This document shows, piece by piece, positions 54,022-62,668 of a DNA stretch of 64,000 nt. Position 1 is the stretch's first letter. Every line of letters starts with the position of its first letter. A program made the translations under genes and the position numbers. Where the stretch lies: positions 1-64,000 of the forward strand of contig CBDAFS010000011.1 in the NCBI GenBank assembly GCA_965195285.1, given 5' to 3'. A model generated the notes under the pieces. That model had not been told where the DNA came from, did no database searches, and saw only the letters and a list, made by a program, of their open reading frames with translations. This stretch comes from an uncultured Aminicenantes bacterium (GTDB taxonomy: Bacteria > Acidobacteriota > Aminicenantia > UBA2199).

Positions 54022-55815
54022 GTGCTTTTGCAATCCATTGACTGGTTGTTGATTGGGGGTTTCTTTCTGGTTTCATTGATTGTGGGCATCAGTGTAGCCC
54101 GGAAAGCCGGTTCCAGTGCGGTCGAGTTTTTTGCCTCTGGCCGTAATATGCCCTGGTGGCTGCTGGGTGTCTCCATGGTGGCCACCACCTTTTCTGCGGA
54201 TACTCCCAATTTGGTGACCGATCTGGTCCGCAACCACGGTGTTTCCGGGAACTGGATGTGGTGGGCCTTTTTGCTCACCGGAATGGTTACCGTGTTTATC
54301 TATGCCAAATTGTGGCGGCGTTCAGGAGTGTTGACTGATATTGAATTTTATGAACTTCGTTACAGCGGCAGGGCTGCCGCCTTTCTCAGGGGATTTCGCT
54401 CCCTCTATCTGGGTGTGTTTTTCAATGTGATCATCATGGCCACGGTGTCACTGGCAGCCATAAAAATGGGAGGGGTCATTCTGGGAATTTCCCCGCTGCA
54501 AACCATCCTGATTTCATCGGTTATTGTGGTGGTCTATACCATGCTGGGCGGACTCCGGGGAGTTTTGATCACCGATTTTATTCAGTTTTTTATTGCCATG
54601 TTCGGAGCAGTGGCCGCTGCCTATGTTGCGGTTACCCTGCCCCAGGTGGGGGGATTGGCCAACCTATTCTCCCAGGTGAATGTCAGTGGTAAGCTTTCCA
54701 TTCTTCCGGATTTTTCCGACACTTCTCTCCTGATGACCGTCTTTCTCATTCCCCTGGCTGTGCAATGGTGGAGTGTGTGGTATCCCGGGGCAGAACCGGG
54801 TGGGGGCGGATATATTGCCCAGCGCATGCTGGCGGCTAAAAATGAGAAACATGCCATGGGAGCAACCTTTCTGTTCAACATCGCCCATTATGCGCTCCGG
54901 CCCTGGCCCTGGATCATTGTGGCCCTGGCCTCGCTGGTGGTTTTTCCGGATCTGGCCTCACTCAAGACGGCTTTTCCCGATATAGCCGAGGGTATTGTCC
55001 GGCATGATCTGGCCTACCCGGCTATGCTGACTTTTCTGCCCGCTGGGTTGCTGGGATTGGTGATTGCCTCATTAATCGCTGCCTTCATGTCAACCATATC
55101 CACCCATCTCAATTGGGGGGCTTCTTATATTGTCAATGATTTTTACCGGAGGTTTATAAAAAAGGATCCCCCGGAGAAACAGCTGGTCAGGGTGGGCAGG
55201 ATGTCCATCGTGGGATTGATGGCCCTGGCAGCAGTGGTGGCACTTTTACTGCAAAATGCCCTGCAGGCCTTCCATATTCTCCTTCAGATCGGGGCCGGAA
55301 CCGGGTTGTTGTTTTTACTCCGCTGGTTCTGGTGGCGAATCAATGCGGCCAGCGAACTGGCAGCCATGATCATTTCCTTCCTGGTAGCGGTTTACTTTGA
55401 ATTTATTCATTCCCATACCGGCTTACCCGAATTAATTGAATGGAAAAGATTGATTATCGGAGTGGCGATTACCACCGTCGGTTGGATATGCGTCACCATG
55501 ATGACCAATCCCACTGACCGGGGAACCCTGCTGCGGTTTTACCGAAAAGTGCACCCCGGAGGCCCGGGCTGGAAAAGAGTATTGAAGGAAGCCTCTGAAT
55601 CCGGAGAGAATATGGAAGACTTTCTGCGTGAAAAGTGGGATCTTCCCACCGGAATGCTCGCGGTTTTTCTGGGTATCGTTTCGGTTTACAGTATATTGTT
55701 TTCCATCGGATTCTGGCTGTATGCAAATACACTGGCTGCCACAATTACTTCAATCGTGGCTGCGGTTTCCTCCTTTTCACTAATCAGAATCTGGAGGAGG
55801 TTAAAATTCAGGTGA
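54022..55815 (+). CDS. Sodium:solute symporter (SSS) family
   Basis: FFASGRNMPWW, SMVATTFS, GGLRGV..TD, QRMLAAK, AAFMST. Confidence 0.94.
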   Translation: MLLQSIDWLLIGGFFLVSLIVGISVARKAGSSAVEFFASGRNMPWWLLGVSMVATTFSADTPNLVTDLVRNHGVSGNWMWWAFLLTGMVTVFIYAKLWRRSGVLTDIEFYELRYSGRAAAFLRGFRSLYLGVFFNVIIMATVSLAAIKMGGVILGISPLQTILISSVIVVVYTMLGGLRGVLITDFIQFFIAMFGAVAAAYVAVTLPQVGGLANLFSQVNVSGKLSILPDFSDTSLLMTVFLIPLAVQWWSVWYPGAEPGGGGYIAQRMLAAKNEKHAMGATFLFNIAHYALRPWPWIIVALASLVVFPDLASLKTAFPDIAEGIVRHDLAYPAMLTFLPAGLLGLVIASLIAAFMSTISTHLNWGASYIVNDFYRRFIKKDPPEKQLVRVGRMSIVGLMALAAVVALLLQNALQAFHILLQIGAGTGLLFLLRWFWWRINAASELAAMIISFLVAVYFEFIHSHTGLPELIEWKRLIIGVAITTVGWICVTMMTNPTDRGTLLRFYRKVHPGGPGWKRVLKEASESGENMEDFLREKWDLPTGMLAVFLGIVSVYSILFSIGFWLYANTLAATITSIVAAVSSFSLIRIWRRLKFR

Positions 55816-55831
55816 CCTGCACTGCAGGTGA

Positions 55832-58243
55832 TTATAAATCTTTGAAAATGTTTGATCTTTCTTTGTATTCTTTTTTCTTTTTTGCCAGAATCTTTTTAAA
55901 TCGGGGATCATCCATCAGTTTGTTGTAGCAAGGATTGTTCAACAGGTGCAGGTAGGAATGGGTCCTGGGATTTGCTTTCATGCTTTGTTCGAGGGATCCA
56001 AAAGCTTCCTCTTTCATCCCCAGCAGGGCATACACTTTGTCGTAAGGTTCCTTCATGGTTCTCAATGCCAGTTCTTTTTCCCCTTTTACTGCATAAAGCA
56101 AAGCCCTGTAACTCCAGATATCTGGATTTTGCCCATCCAGTATTTCGGCGATTTTTAACTCCTGTTCGGCCTTCTGGTATTGTGAAAGTAAAATGAGCGA
56201 ATAGGAATACCATAGATGGTACTCGGCATCGTCGGGATCCAATGCCAGGACCTTTTTATACTGGATAGCGGCTTTTTCCCAGGCTCCCATTTCCATATAA
56301 CACCGGGCCAGAACCATAGGTGTATATACATAGAGAGGATTGAGCTCAATGGCTTTAATTAAATATTTTAGGGCTTTATCTTCCAGTCCAACCCGATCAA
56401 GGATTAAACCGATGACATGATTCCCTTCGGCGCTATTGGGGTTTAATTGGTTGGCTTTGTTTAAGCACTGGCTGGTATGCTGGTGATCTCCTTTAAGGTA
56501 GTAAAGCCAGCCCATTCCCTGGTTGGTTTCGGGTATATCCGGGTTTAATTGATAAGCTTTCTTTATATGTATTTCTACCTGATGGCGATCTTCTTTGTTG
56601 CCGGTTATTTCGTAATGTTGTTGATGAATCCATGCCAAACTGGAATAGGTCAGGGCGTTATTGGGATCAATTCCCAGAGCCTTGTTCAGCAGGTTTTTGG
56701 CTTTAATAAAATCCTCCTCTTGTTTTGTAATGACATAGGAGGTGATCAACTGACTGGCCTTTAGTAAATATTCGTATGATTCAATATCCTCTGGTTTTTC
56801 TGTTTTCAAGATTTCCGGTGAAAACTGCAACCGTAATGCCTGGGCTATGGATTGGGATATGTTCTCCTGCACCTTAAAAATACTTTCCAATTTTCGGTCA
56901 AAGGTTTCAGCCCAGAGGTGAAAGCCGTCCTCAATATTGATCAGCTGGGCCGAGACCCGGATGTTATCCTGTTCTTTACGGAGACTTCCTTCTAATATTG
57001 TAGACACACCTAATTCTTTTCCTATTTGTTTAATATCTTTTTTGGTATTTTTATAACGCATGACCGAGGTGCGGGAAATCACTTTTAGTTCCCGGATATG
57101 GGTGAGTTTGGTGATGATATCCTCGGTCATGCCGTCGCAGAAGTATTCCTGATCCTTGTTGGCACTCAGATCCATAAAGGGAAGCACGGCAATGGAATTT
57201 GTCCAGGAGCTCTGAGTGATTGTTTTTGAGATGGGTTCTGGTGTGGAAGGTTTGCCTTTGAATAAAATGTATCCTCCGATTAAGATGGCCAGGATTACGA
57301 CAATAATCATAGTCGGCAGCAGCAACCTGGATGTTTTCCGGGCAGTATCTCTGATGTGGATACCCTTCTCGGAAACAGTTCTGTCTTTTATGGATTCCAG
57401 ACCACTCAGCAATCCGGTTACCTCCTGAAAACGGTTGTCCGGTTCTTTGGCCAGGGATTTCTCAATCAGTTGCCAGAGTTCGGTTGGTGTTTCCGGCCGG
57501 AGTTCAGTCAGTGGTTTTGGCTTCTCATTTAATATGGCATAGATAATGGCCTGTTCGTAGTCCCCTTTAAAGGGCAATTGCCCGGTGATCATTTCATAAA
57601 GGATCACACCTAGTGACCAGATGTCTGTTCTGTGATCTACCTCTTTACCCATTGCCTGTTCCGGGGACATGTAATTGGTCGTGCCCATGGTGGTGCCGAT
57701 TTTGGTGATGGAGGGCGAATAGCCATTCGCTTCTACACGCAACTTGGCTAATCCGAAATCCAGGATTTTTACCCGGCCATCTTTATCGATCAGAATATTC
57801 TGGGGTTTGATATCCCGGTGAACGATTCCGGCTTCGTGGGCTTTTTGGAGGCCCTCGCAGATTTGGATAGTTATATTGATGATTCCTTTTATTGTAGGGG
57901 CAATCCTCGCGGTTGCCCGGGCAGGGGCAAGCCCTGCCCCTACACCTGATATTATTTCCTTTAAGGTCTGGCCTTCCACATATTCCATGGCGATGTAGGT
58001 TTGATCTTCGTGTTCGTTGATTTCATAAATTGTAACGATGTTGGGATGGTTCAGGGCGGCAGCAGCCTGGGCTTCCCGCTGAAACCGTTCCACCGCATCT
58101 TTATCCTTGGTAAATCCCTGGGGTAAGAATTTAAGAGCCACTTTTCGTTTTAACTTGGTATCTTCAGCTAAAAATACTTCCCCCATGCCTCCTTCTCCGA
58201 TTTTTTCCAGGATTTTGTAGTGGGAAACAATTTGATTGATCAA
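55832..58243 (-). CDS. Hanks-type Ser/Thr kinase-TM-TolB-like-TPR protein with two REP-derived in-frame inserts (probable TTG start at 58243)
   Basis: GEGGMG, VALK, HRDIKPQN, DFG, YMSPE, DIWSLG; TM; SIAVLPF..EYFCDG; TPRs; AAGGAG 7 nt before TTG. Confidence 0.95.
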   Translation of the reverse strand: MINQIVSHYKILEKIGEGGMGEVFLAEDTKLKRKVALKFLPQGFTKDKDAVERFQREAQAAAALNHPNIVTIYEINEHEDQTYIAMEYVEGQTLKEIISGVGAGLAPARATARIAPTIKGIINITIQICEGLQKAHEAGIVHRDIKPQNILIDKDGRVKILDFGLAKLRVEANGYSPSITKIGTTMGTTNYMSPEQAMGKEVDHRTDIWSLGVILYEMITGQLPFKGDYEQAIIYAILNEKPKPLTELRPETPTELWQLIEKSLAKEPDNRFQEVTGLLSGLESIKDRTVSEKGIHIRDTARKTSRLLLPTMIIVVILAILIGGYILFKGKPSTPEPISKTITQSSWTNSIAVLPFMDLSANKDQEYFCDGMTEDIITKLTHIRELKVISRTSVMRYKNTKKDIKQIGKELGVSTILEGSLRKEQDNIRVSAQLINIEDGFHLWAETFDRKLESIFKVQENISQSIAQALRLQFSPEILKTEKPEDIESYEYLLKASQLITSYVITKQEEDFIKAKNLLNKALGIDPNNALTYSSLAWIHQQHYEITGNKEDRHQVEIHIKKAYQLNPDIPETNQGMGWLYYLKGDHQHTSQCLNKANQLNPNSAEGNHVIGLILDRVGLEDKALKYLIKAIELNPLYVYTPMVLARCYMEMGAWEKAAIQYKKVLALDPDDAEYHLWYSYSLILLSQYQKAEQELKIAEILDGQNPDIWSYRALLYAVKGEKELALRTMKEPYDKVYALLGMKEEAFGSLEQSMKANPRTHSYLHLLNNPCYNKLMDDPRFKKILAKKKKEYKERSNIFKDL
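57713..57736 (-). repeat. Degenerate GTAG-type REP-like palindrome in the kinase activation loop
   Basis: Minus strand GTAG-AAGCGAAT-GGCT-ATTCGCCC, encoding VEANGYSP. Confidence 0.7.
57894..57943. mobile_element. Tail-to-tail doublet of GTAG-type REP-like palindromes (minimal REPIN), in frame in the kinase domain
   Basis: GTAG-GGGCAATC-CTCGC-GGTTGCCC directly joined to GGGCAGGG-GCAAG-CCCTGCCC-CTAC; 25+25 nt. Confidence 0.88.
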
Positions 58244-58335
58244 CACTCCACTCCTTCCTGATTTATAACAAAAAAAAATTTTTATTACAATCCCCCCCTC
58301 GGGCATTTCCGGAATAATATTGGGGATTGCATTCC

Positions 58336-58364
58336 TTTACTTCTGAATGCCGGATTGTTAGAAT
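58336..58364 (+). promoter_or_regulatory. Sigma70 promoter of the DASS permease, probably leaderless
   Basis: TTTACT-17 nt-TAGAAT with TGn, 5 nt before ATG. Confidence 0.6.
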
Positions 58365-58369
58365 GACCG

Positions 58370-59893
58370 ATGGTTCGATTCACTTCAGGAGACGGATTCA
58401 AAAAACTGTTTCTGATCCTGGCTCCGGTTCTGTGTGGGTTGTTCTTGATCCTGGTGGATCTGAAACCCGGTCATCCGGAGGTCACCGCCACCGCGGCCGT
58501 TGCCCTGCTCATGGCTGCCTGGTGGATTACCGAGGCCATTCCCCTGGCCGTGACCGCCCTGATCCCCTTGATCCTGTTTCCCCTGCTGGGGATCATGAAC
58601 GGCAAGGATGTCTCCACCCAGTATGTGAACCATATCATCTTCATATTTATCGGTGGATTTCTGGTGGCCCTGGCCATGGAGCGTTGGAACCTTCACAAGC
58701 GAATGGCCTTAAAGGTGTTGATGTTTTTCGGGGTGAATCCGAAATTTATCCTGCTGGGTTTTATGGTGGCCACGGCCCTGCTGTCCATGTGGATTTCCAA
58801 TACCGCCACCACCATGATGATGATACCCATTTCCCTGGCCATTGTGACCAGACTGGAAGAATTGTTGGGAGTTAAAAAGGTACGAAAATTTGCCATCGGC
58901 ATATTTCTGGGTATTGCCTACAGTGCTTCCATTGGCGGGATTGCCACCCTGATCGGTACCCCGCCCAATCTCTCTTTTGTCAGAATTTTCAACATCTTTT
59001 TTCCCCACGCACCGGAGATTTCGTTTGCCAAATGGTTCTTCTTTGCTTTCCCTATATCGGTATTTTTTCTTGTTATTGCCTGGATCCTGCTCTCGCTGAT
59101 CTTTTGTCCCCGGGAAGGATTAATTGTGGACAAAAAGATATTCGTTGATCAGTATAAAAACCTGGGCCCCACTTCCTTTGAAGAAAAAGTGGTGTTAATT
59201 GATTTTTTTATCCTGGTTTTTTTGTGGATGTTCCGGGCCAATATTAAAATCGGCGGATTTGTTATTCCGGGCTGGTCCACCATTTTTCCCCAGGCCGGTT
59301 TTATCAACGACGGAACCATTGCTGTTGCCATGGCTTTTATCATGTTTTTAATTCCATCCAGAACCCAAAGAGATGGCCGGGTGATGAACTGGGAAACGGC
59401 TAAGAAATTGCCATGGAACATTGTGCTCCTGTTTGGCGGCGGATTTGCCCTGGCCAGCGGTTTCAAGGTCAGCGGCCTTTCTCAATGGATGGGGAGTCAG
59501 TTGAAGGGATTGAGTTCGCTTCCCCCGCTGTTGATCGTCGCCTTTATTTGCCTGTTCATTACTTTTTTAACCGAACTGACTTCCAATACGGCCACGGCTG
59601 AGATACTCTTGCCCATTCTGGCTGCCCTGGCGGTTTCGATCAAAGTGAATCCCCTGCTGTTGATGATTCCGGGAACCCTATCCTGTTCCTTTGCCTTCAT
59701 GCTTCCCGTGGCCACCCCCCCCAATGCCATTGTCTTCGGAACCAACCGGCTCAAGGTTTCGGATATGGCCCGGGTGGGAGTGATATTCAACCTGATTGGG
59801 GTGGTGGTAATCACTGCAGCGGTTTTTTTGATCGGGAAGTTTATCTTCGGAATCGATCTGTCAGTCCTCCCCTCCTGGGCAGTTTTAAAATGA
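58370..59893 (+). CDS. DASS/SLC13 sodium:dicarboxylate/sulfate symporter
   Basis: WWITEAIP, SMWISNTAT, IGTPPN, TELTSNTAT, FMLPVATPPN. Confidence 0.95.
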   Translation: MVRFTSGDGFKKLFLILAPVLCGLFLILVDLKPGHPEVTATAAVALLMAAWWITEAIPLAVTALIPLILFPLLGIMNGKDVSTQYVNHIIFIFIGGFLVALAMERWNLHKRMALKVLMFFGVNPKFILLGFMVATALLSMWISNTATTMMMIPISLAIVTRLEELLGVKKVRKFAIGIFLGIAYSASIGGIATLIGTPPNLSFVRIFNIFFPHAPEISFAKWFFFAFPISVFFLVIAWILLSLIFCPREGLIVDKKIFVDQYKNLGPTSFEEKVVLIDFFILVFLWMFRANIKIGGFVIPGWSTIFPQAGFINDGTIAVAMAFIMFLIPSRTQRDGRVMNWETAKKLPWNIVLLFGGGFALASGFKVSGLSQWMGSQLKGLSSLPPLLIVAFICLFITFLTELTSNTATAEILLPILAALAVSIKVNPLLLMIPGTLSCSFAFMLPVATPPNAIVFGTNRLKVSDMARVGVIFNLIGVVVITAAVFLIGKFIFGIDLSVLPSWAVLK

Positions 59894-60008
59894 GATGAAC
59901 GAAATCCGAATTACCCGAACTGGTATAAGGAATGATTCAGAGAGATATATATTTAATGATAATTGATAAAAGAATAAAAAAAGTTTCGGGAATCAGAATT
60001 AATTCGTA

Positions 60009-61484
60009 TTAATCAATCCCAAAGATCATGCCCAGGATCTTCCCACTTTGGTCAATACTTGAGTAGTCGCCGTTATTTGAGGTGATGAACATCACCACCC
60101 CTTCTTTGGGATATATGTACATGTCGTTCTGAATGTAGGGATTACCCCCGTTATGGGTGATAACGTCCGTTCCTCTTGAGCTTTTCATCCTGACCCACCC
60201 ATAAGCATAAAAACTGTCCCCTTCCGGTCCTTCCGGCACATAAGGGGTGAGGTAATTCTTTTTTTCCTCTGGTGTAAATACCATATTTCCGAGAATCGCC
60301 TGTCCCCACTGCAGCATTTCATCGATTGTGCTGAGTATACCACCGTTGCACTTGAGGTGCCAGCCTGGGCCGTCGGAACCCCACATCTTTTCTGTTGGTT
60401 TGCCCCATCTTTTTTTACCTCGGTATCCAACCACAATATCTTCGGGATTGTATTTGGGCAGGACATAACCGGTTTTTTTTAGGCCGGCGGGTGAGAGGAC
60501 ATATTTAACTAAGAATTCTTCAAAGGTCATACCTGATCCCTTCTCCAAGATTGCACCTGCAATGCTGAAGCCAACATTGGAATAGGAGTACCGTTCTCCA
60601 GGTTTCAATTTTAATTGTGTACCCAAAGCCTGTTTGATAAAGTCATCTCGTTCAATTTTTTCCAGGTCATCGCCGATTGCTCCGGTGAAACCGGCTGTGT
60701 GGGTCAAGAGCTGGTGGATGGTTATATTCTTTTTATCCTTGGGTACATCCTTAAAAAATTTATCCAGGGTATCCTGAAAAGAAACCTTACCCATAGATTC
60801 CAACTTTACCATTGCCGCTCCTGTGAACTGTTTGGCAATGGAACCGATTGTAAAAACGGTTTTTCGGTTAAATACCTGTTTTTTCTCCCGGTCAGCATAG
60901 CCGTAGCCCTTGGCAAGGATCAGTTTGTTATCCTTTATTACACCTAGGGCGCCAGAATAGCCCACTGCTTCCAGGCCGGTCATATATGTGTCTATCTTTT
61001 CTGCCAGAGGGCCGATAACCAGGGAATCGTCGTATTTCGGCCTTTTAATTGTCATTTTAGGCAGTCTGGCCAGGTATTCTGCCGGAGCAGAGGTCATGGA
61101 AATATCCATACCCACAACTTTGCCGGGATTATCCGCACTGGTCTGCACTATTATTTTGCGCCAGGCTTTTGATCTTTTGCCCAGGGCAGTTACCTGTATA
61201 TAGTGATTACTGGATTTTTCTATTTTGTATACGGTAAACCCTCCGTGACTGTTCTGCAGCATGGTTAAAAATCTGATATGCCGTTCTGCCGGGATCCGGT
61301 CCAGCATCTCTGCTGACATAAAATTATTCACAAATTGTTCAACTCCTCCCTGTTCAAGGCCAGTGAAAAATTTTTTCAGGACTTCCCCGGCCGGAGTGTC
61401 AGGTAATGCAGGGGTATCTGCTGTTAAGGAAATAGAAAATAAAACAATAATAATCAGTAAAAAAAACCAATTGTATTTAGCCAT
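60009..61484 (-). CDS. Secreted beta-lactamase-family serine hydrolase (start at MAKYNW)
   Basis: GGAGG RBS, signal peptide, SIAK, LLTHTAG, YSN, HNGG. Confidence 0.9.
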   Translation of the reverse strand: MAKYNWFFLLIIIVLFSISLTADTPALPDTPAGEVLKKFFTGLEQGGVEQFVNNFMSAEMLDRIPAERHIRFLTMLQNSHGGFTVYKIEKSSNHYIQVTALGKRSKAWRKIIVQTSADNPGKVVGMDISMTSAPAEYLARLPKMTIKRPKYDDSLVIGPLAEKIDTYMTGLEAVGYSGALGVIKDNKLILAKGYGYADREKKQVFNRKTVFTIGSIAKQFTGAAMVKLESMGKVSFQDTLDKFFKDVPKDKKNITIHQLLTHTAGFTGAIGDDLEKIERDDFIKQALGTQLKLKPGERYSYSNVGFSIAGAILEKGSGMTFEEFLVKYVLSPAGLKKTGYVLPKYNPEDIVVGYRGKKRWGKPTEKMWGSDGPGWHLKCNGGILSTIDEMLQWGQAILGNMVFTPEEKKNYLTPYVPEGPEGDSFYAYGWVRMKSSRGTDVITHNGGNPYIQNDMYIYPKEGVVMFITSNNGDYSSIDQSGKILGMIFGID

Positions 61485-61585
61485 AAAAACCTCCAAAAAA
61501 CTTTTAGAAATCATCTGTTACCTATTATGATGCCATTTTTTAAAAAAAGTTCCAAAGACACCTTTCATATCAGTCGGGGAAGGAT

Positions 61586-62668
61586 TTAATAACCTGGAGG
61601 AGGAGTGGTGGTCAGCTGTGAAAGAGACCGGCGGGTGCAGTAGGGGATGAAGTTCCGGTTATAGGATTTGTCGTAGGCATCACTGGCAAATTGCAGGGCA
61701 TACTCACAGTTGAAAACCGGCAATCCCTGTGATTGGAACAGGCTCAGGTTATTGAGGTATTCCTGGCGCCAGTCTTCCGGAACATTCCAGTCATAACCAT
61801 CCGGAACATTCCAGTTATCGGTGGCATCCCCTTCAAACCAGATGCCTTCCTGGGCAATTCCATCGATCAAAGAAAAAAGTTCGGGATGACCATTGGCCAG
61901 AGCCGAACCGTTCTGCTGAATGATAAAAAAAGGCGTGGTTCTGGTTTGGGCGTAATCCCTCATTTCCCGGATGAAGTTGATCATTTCTACCCGGGGATTT
62001 TTACCCTGCTTTTGGGCTGCTTCTATAACCGCCTCATTTTCAAATCCCTCGACCCAGTCCAGATAAATCCCGTCAAATCCGTCTTTTATGGTTTCATCAA
62101 TCATACTGTTGTAATCACCATAAGGACTGCTGTCCTGGTTATTTCCATGAATGACAATATCTTTCCAGCGGGGATCCCAATAAGCCACCGGGTAATTCCC
62201 TTCCCAACCGTCCGGGTCGTGGGTAAGGATAAAGTCGGGCCAGTCCGGAGGGCGGGGTTCACCCGGCTCCCATTCTGTTGACCAGGTCCAGTACCAGCGC
62301 CAGTCTTCTGCCTGGCCGATATCGATGTAAGCGATCAATAGTTTTCGGTGGATTCCGTCACTGGCCAATGAATTTTTTAATTGTTCCACCATTCCCTGGG
62401 TATCAAAAAGCTTGTCATCCGAAGACCAGTCCGTGCGGGTGGGTTCAACAACCAGCAGGTCATAATGGGAATTTGTTAATTGGTCCACAGCTCCGTTTTC
62501 AGAAATCTCCTGAATCTGGTAAGCCCAGAATTTGATTTCATTTAAAGGTAAAACGTTATCCGAAGATTGGCTGTCATCAATGGTTGAACAACAAACCAGG
62601 AACATTAGGATAGAAATAAAAACGGAGTAAGGTACATTTTTTTTACGAGAGATGGTTTTTCCGATCAT
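61586..62668 (-). CDS. GH114-like (MJ1477/TM1410 family) endo-alpha-1,4-polygalactosaminidase-like lipoprotein
   Basis: WAYQIQ, IAYIDIGQAEDWRWYW, GFDGIYLD, QQNG; lipobox-like LVCC. Confidence 0.87.
   Translation of the reverse strand: MIGKTISRKKNVPYSVFISILMFLVCCSTIDDSQSSDNVLPLNEIKFWAYQIQEISENGAVDQLTNSHYDLLVVEPTRTDWSSDDKLFDTQGMVEQLKNSLASDGIHRKLLIAYIDIGQAEDWRWYWTWSTEWEPGEPRPPDWPDFILTHDPDGWEGNYPVAYWDPRWKDIVIHGNNQDSSPYGDYNSMIDETIKDGFDGIYLDWVEGFENEAVIEAAQKQGKNPRVEMINFIREMRDYAQTRTTPFFIIQQNGSALANGHPELFSLIDGIAQEGIWFEGDATDNWNVPDGYDWNVPEDWRQEYLNNLSLFQSQGLPVFNCEYALQFASDAYDKSYNRNFIPYCTRRSLSQLTTTPPPGY

Noticed and set aside
58244-58306. N-terminal extension of the kinase given by the ORF track
   Set aside because: An RBS precedes TTG at 58243, which yields the family-typical start; the extension is in promoter-like DNA.
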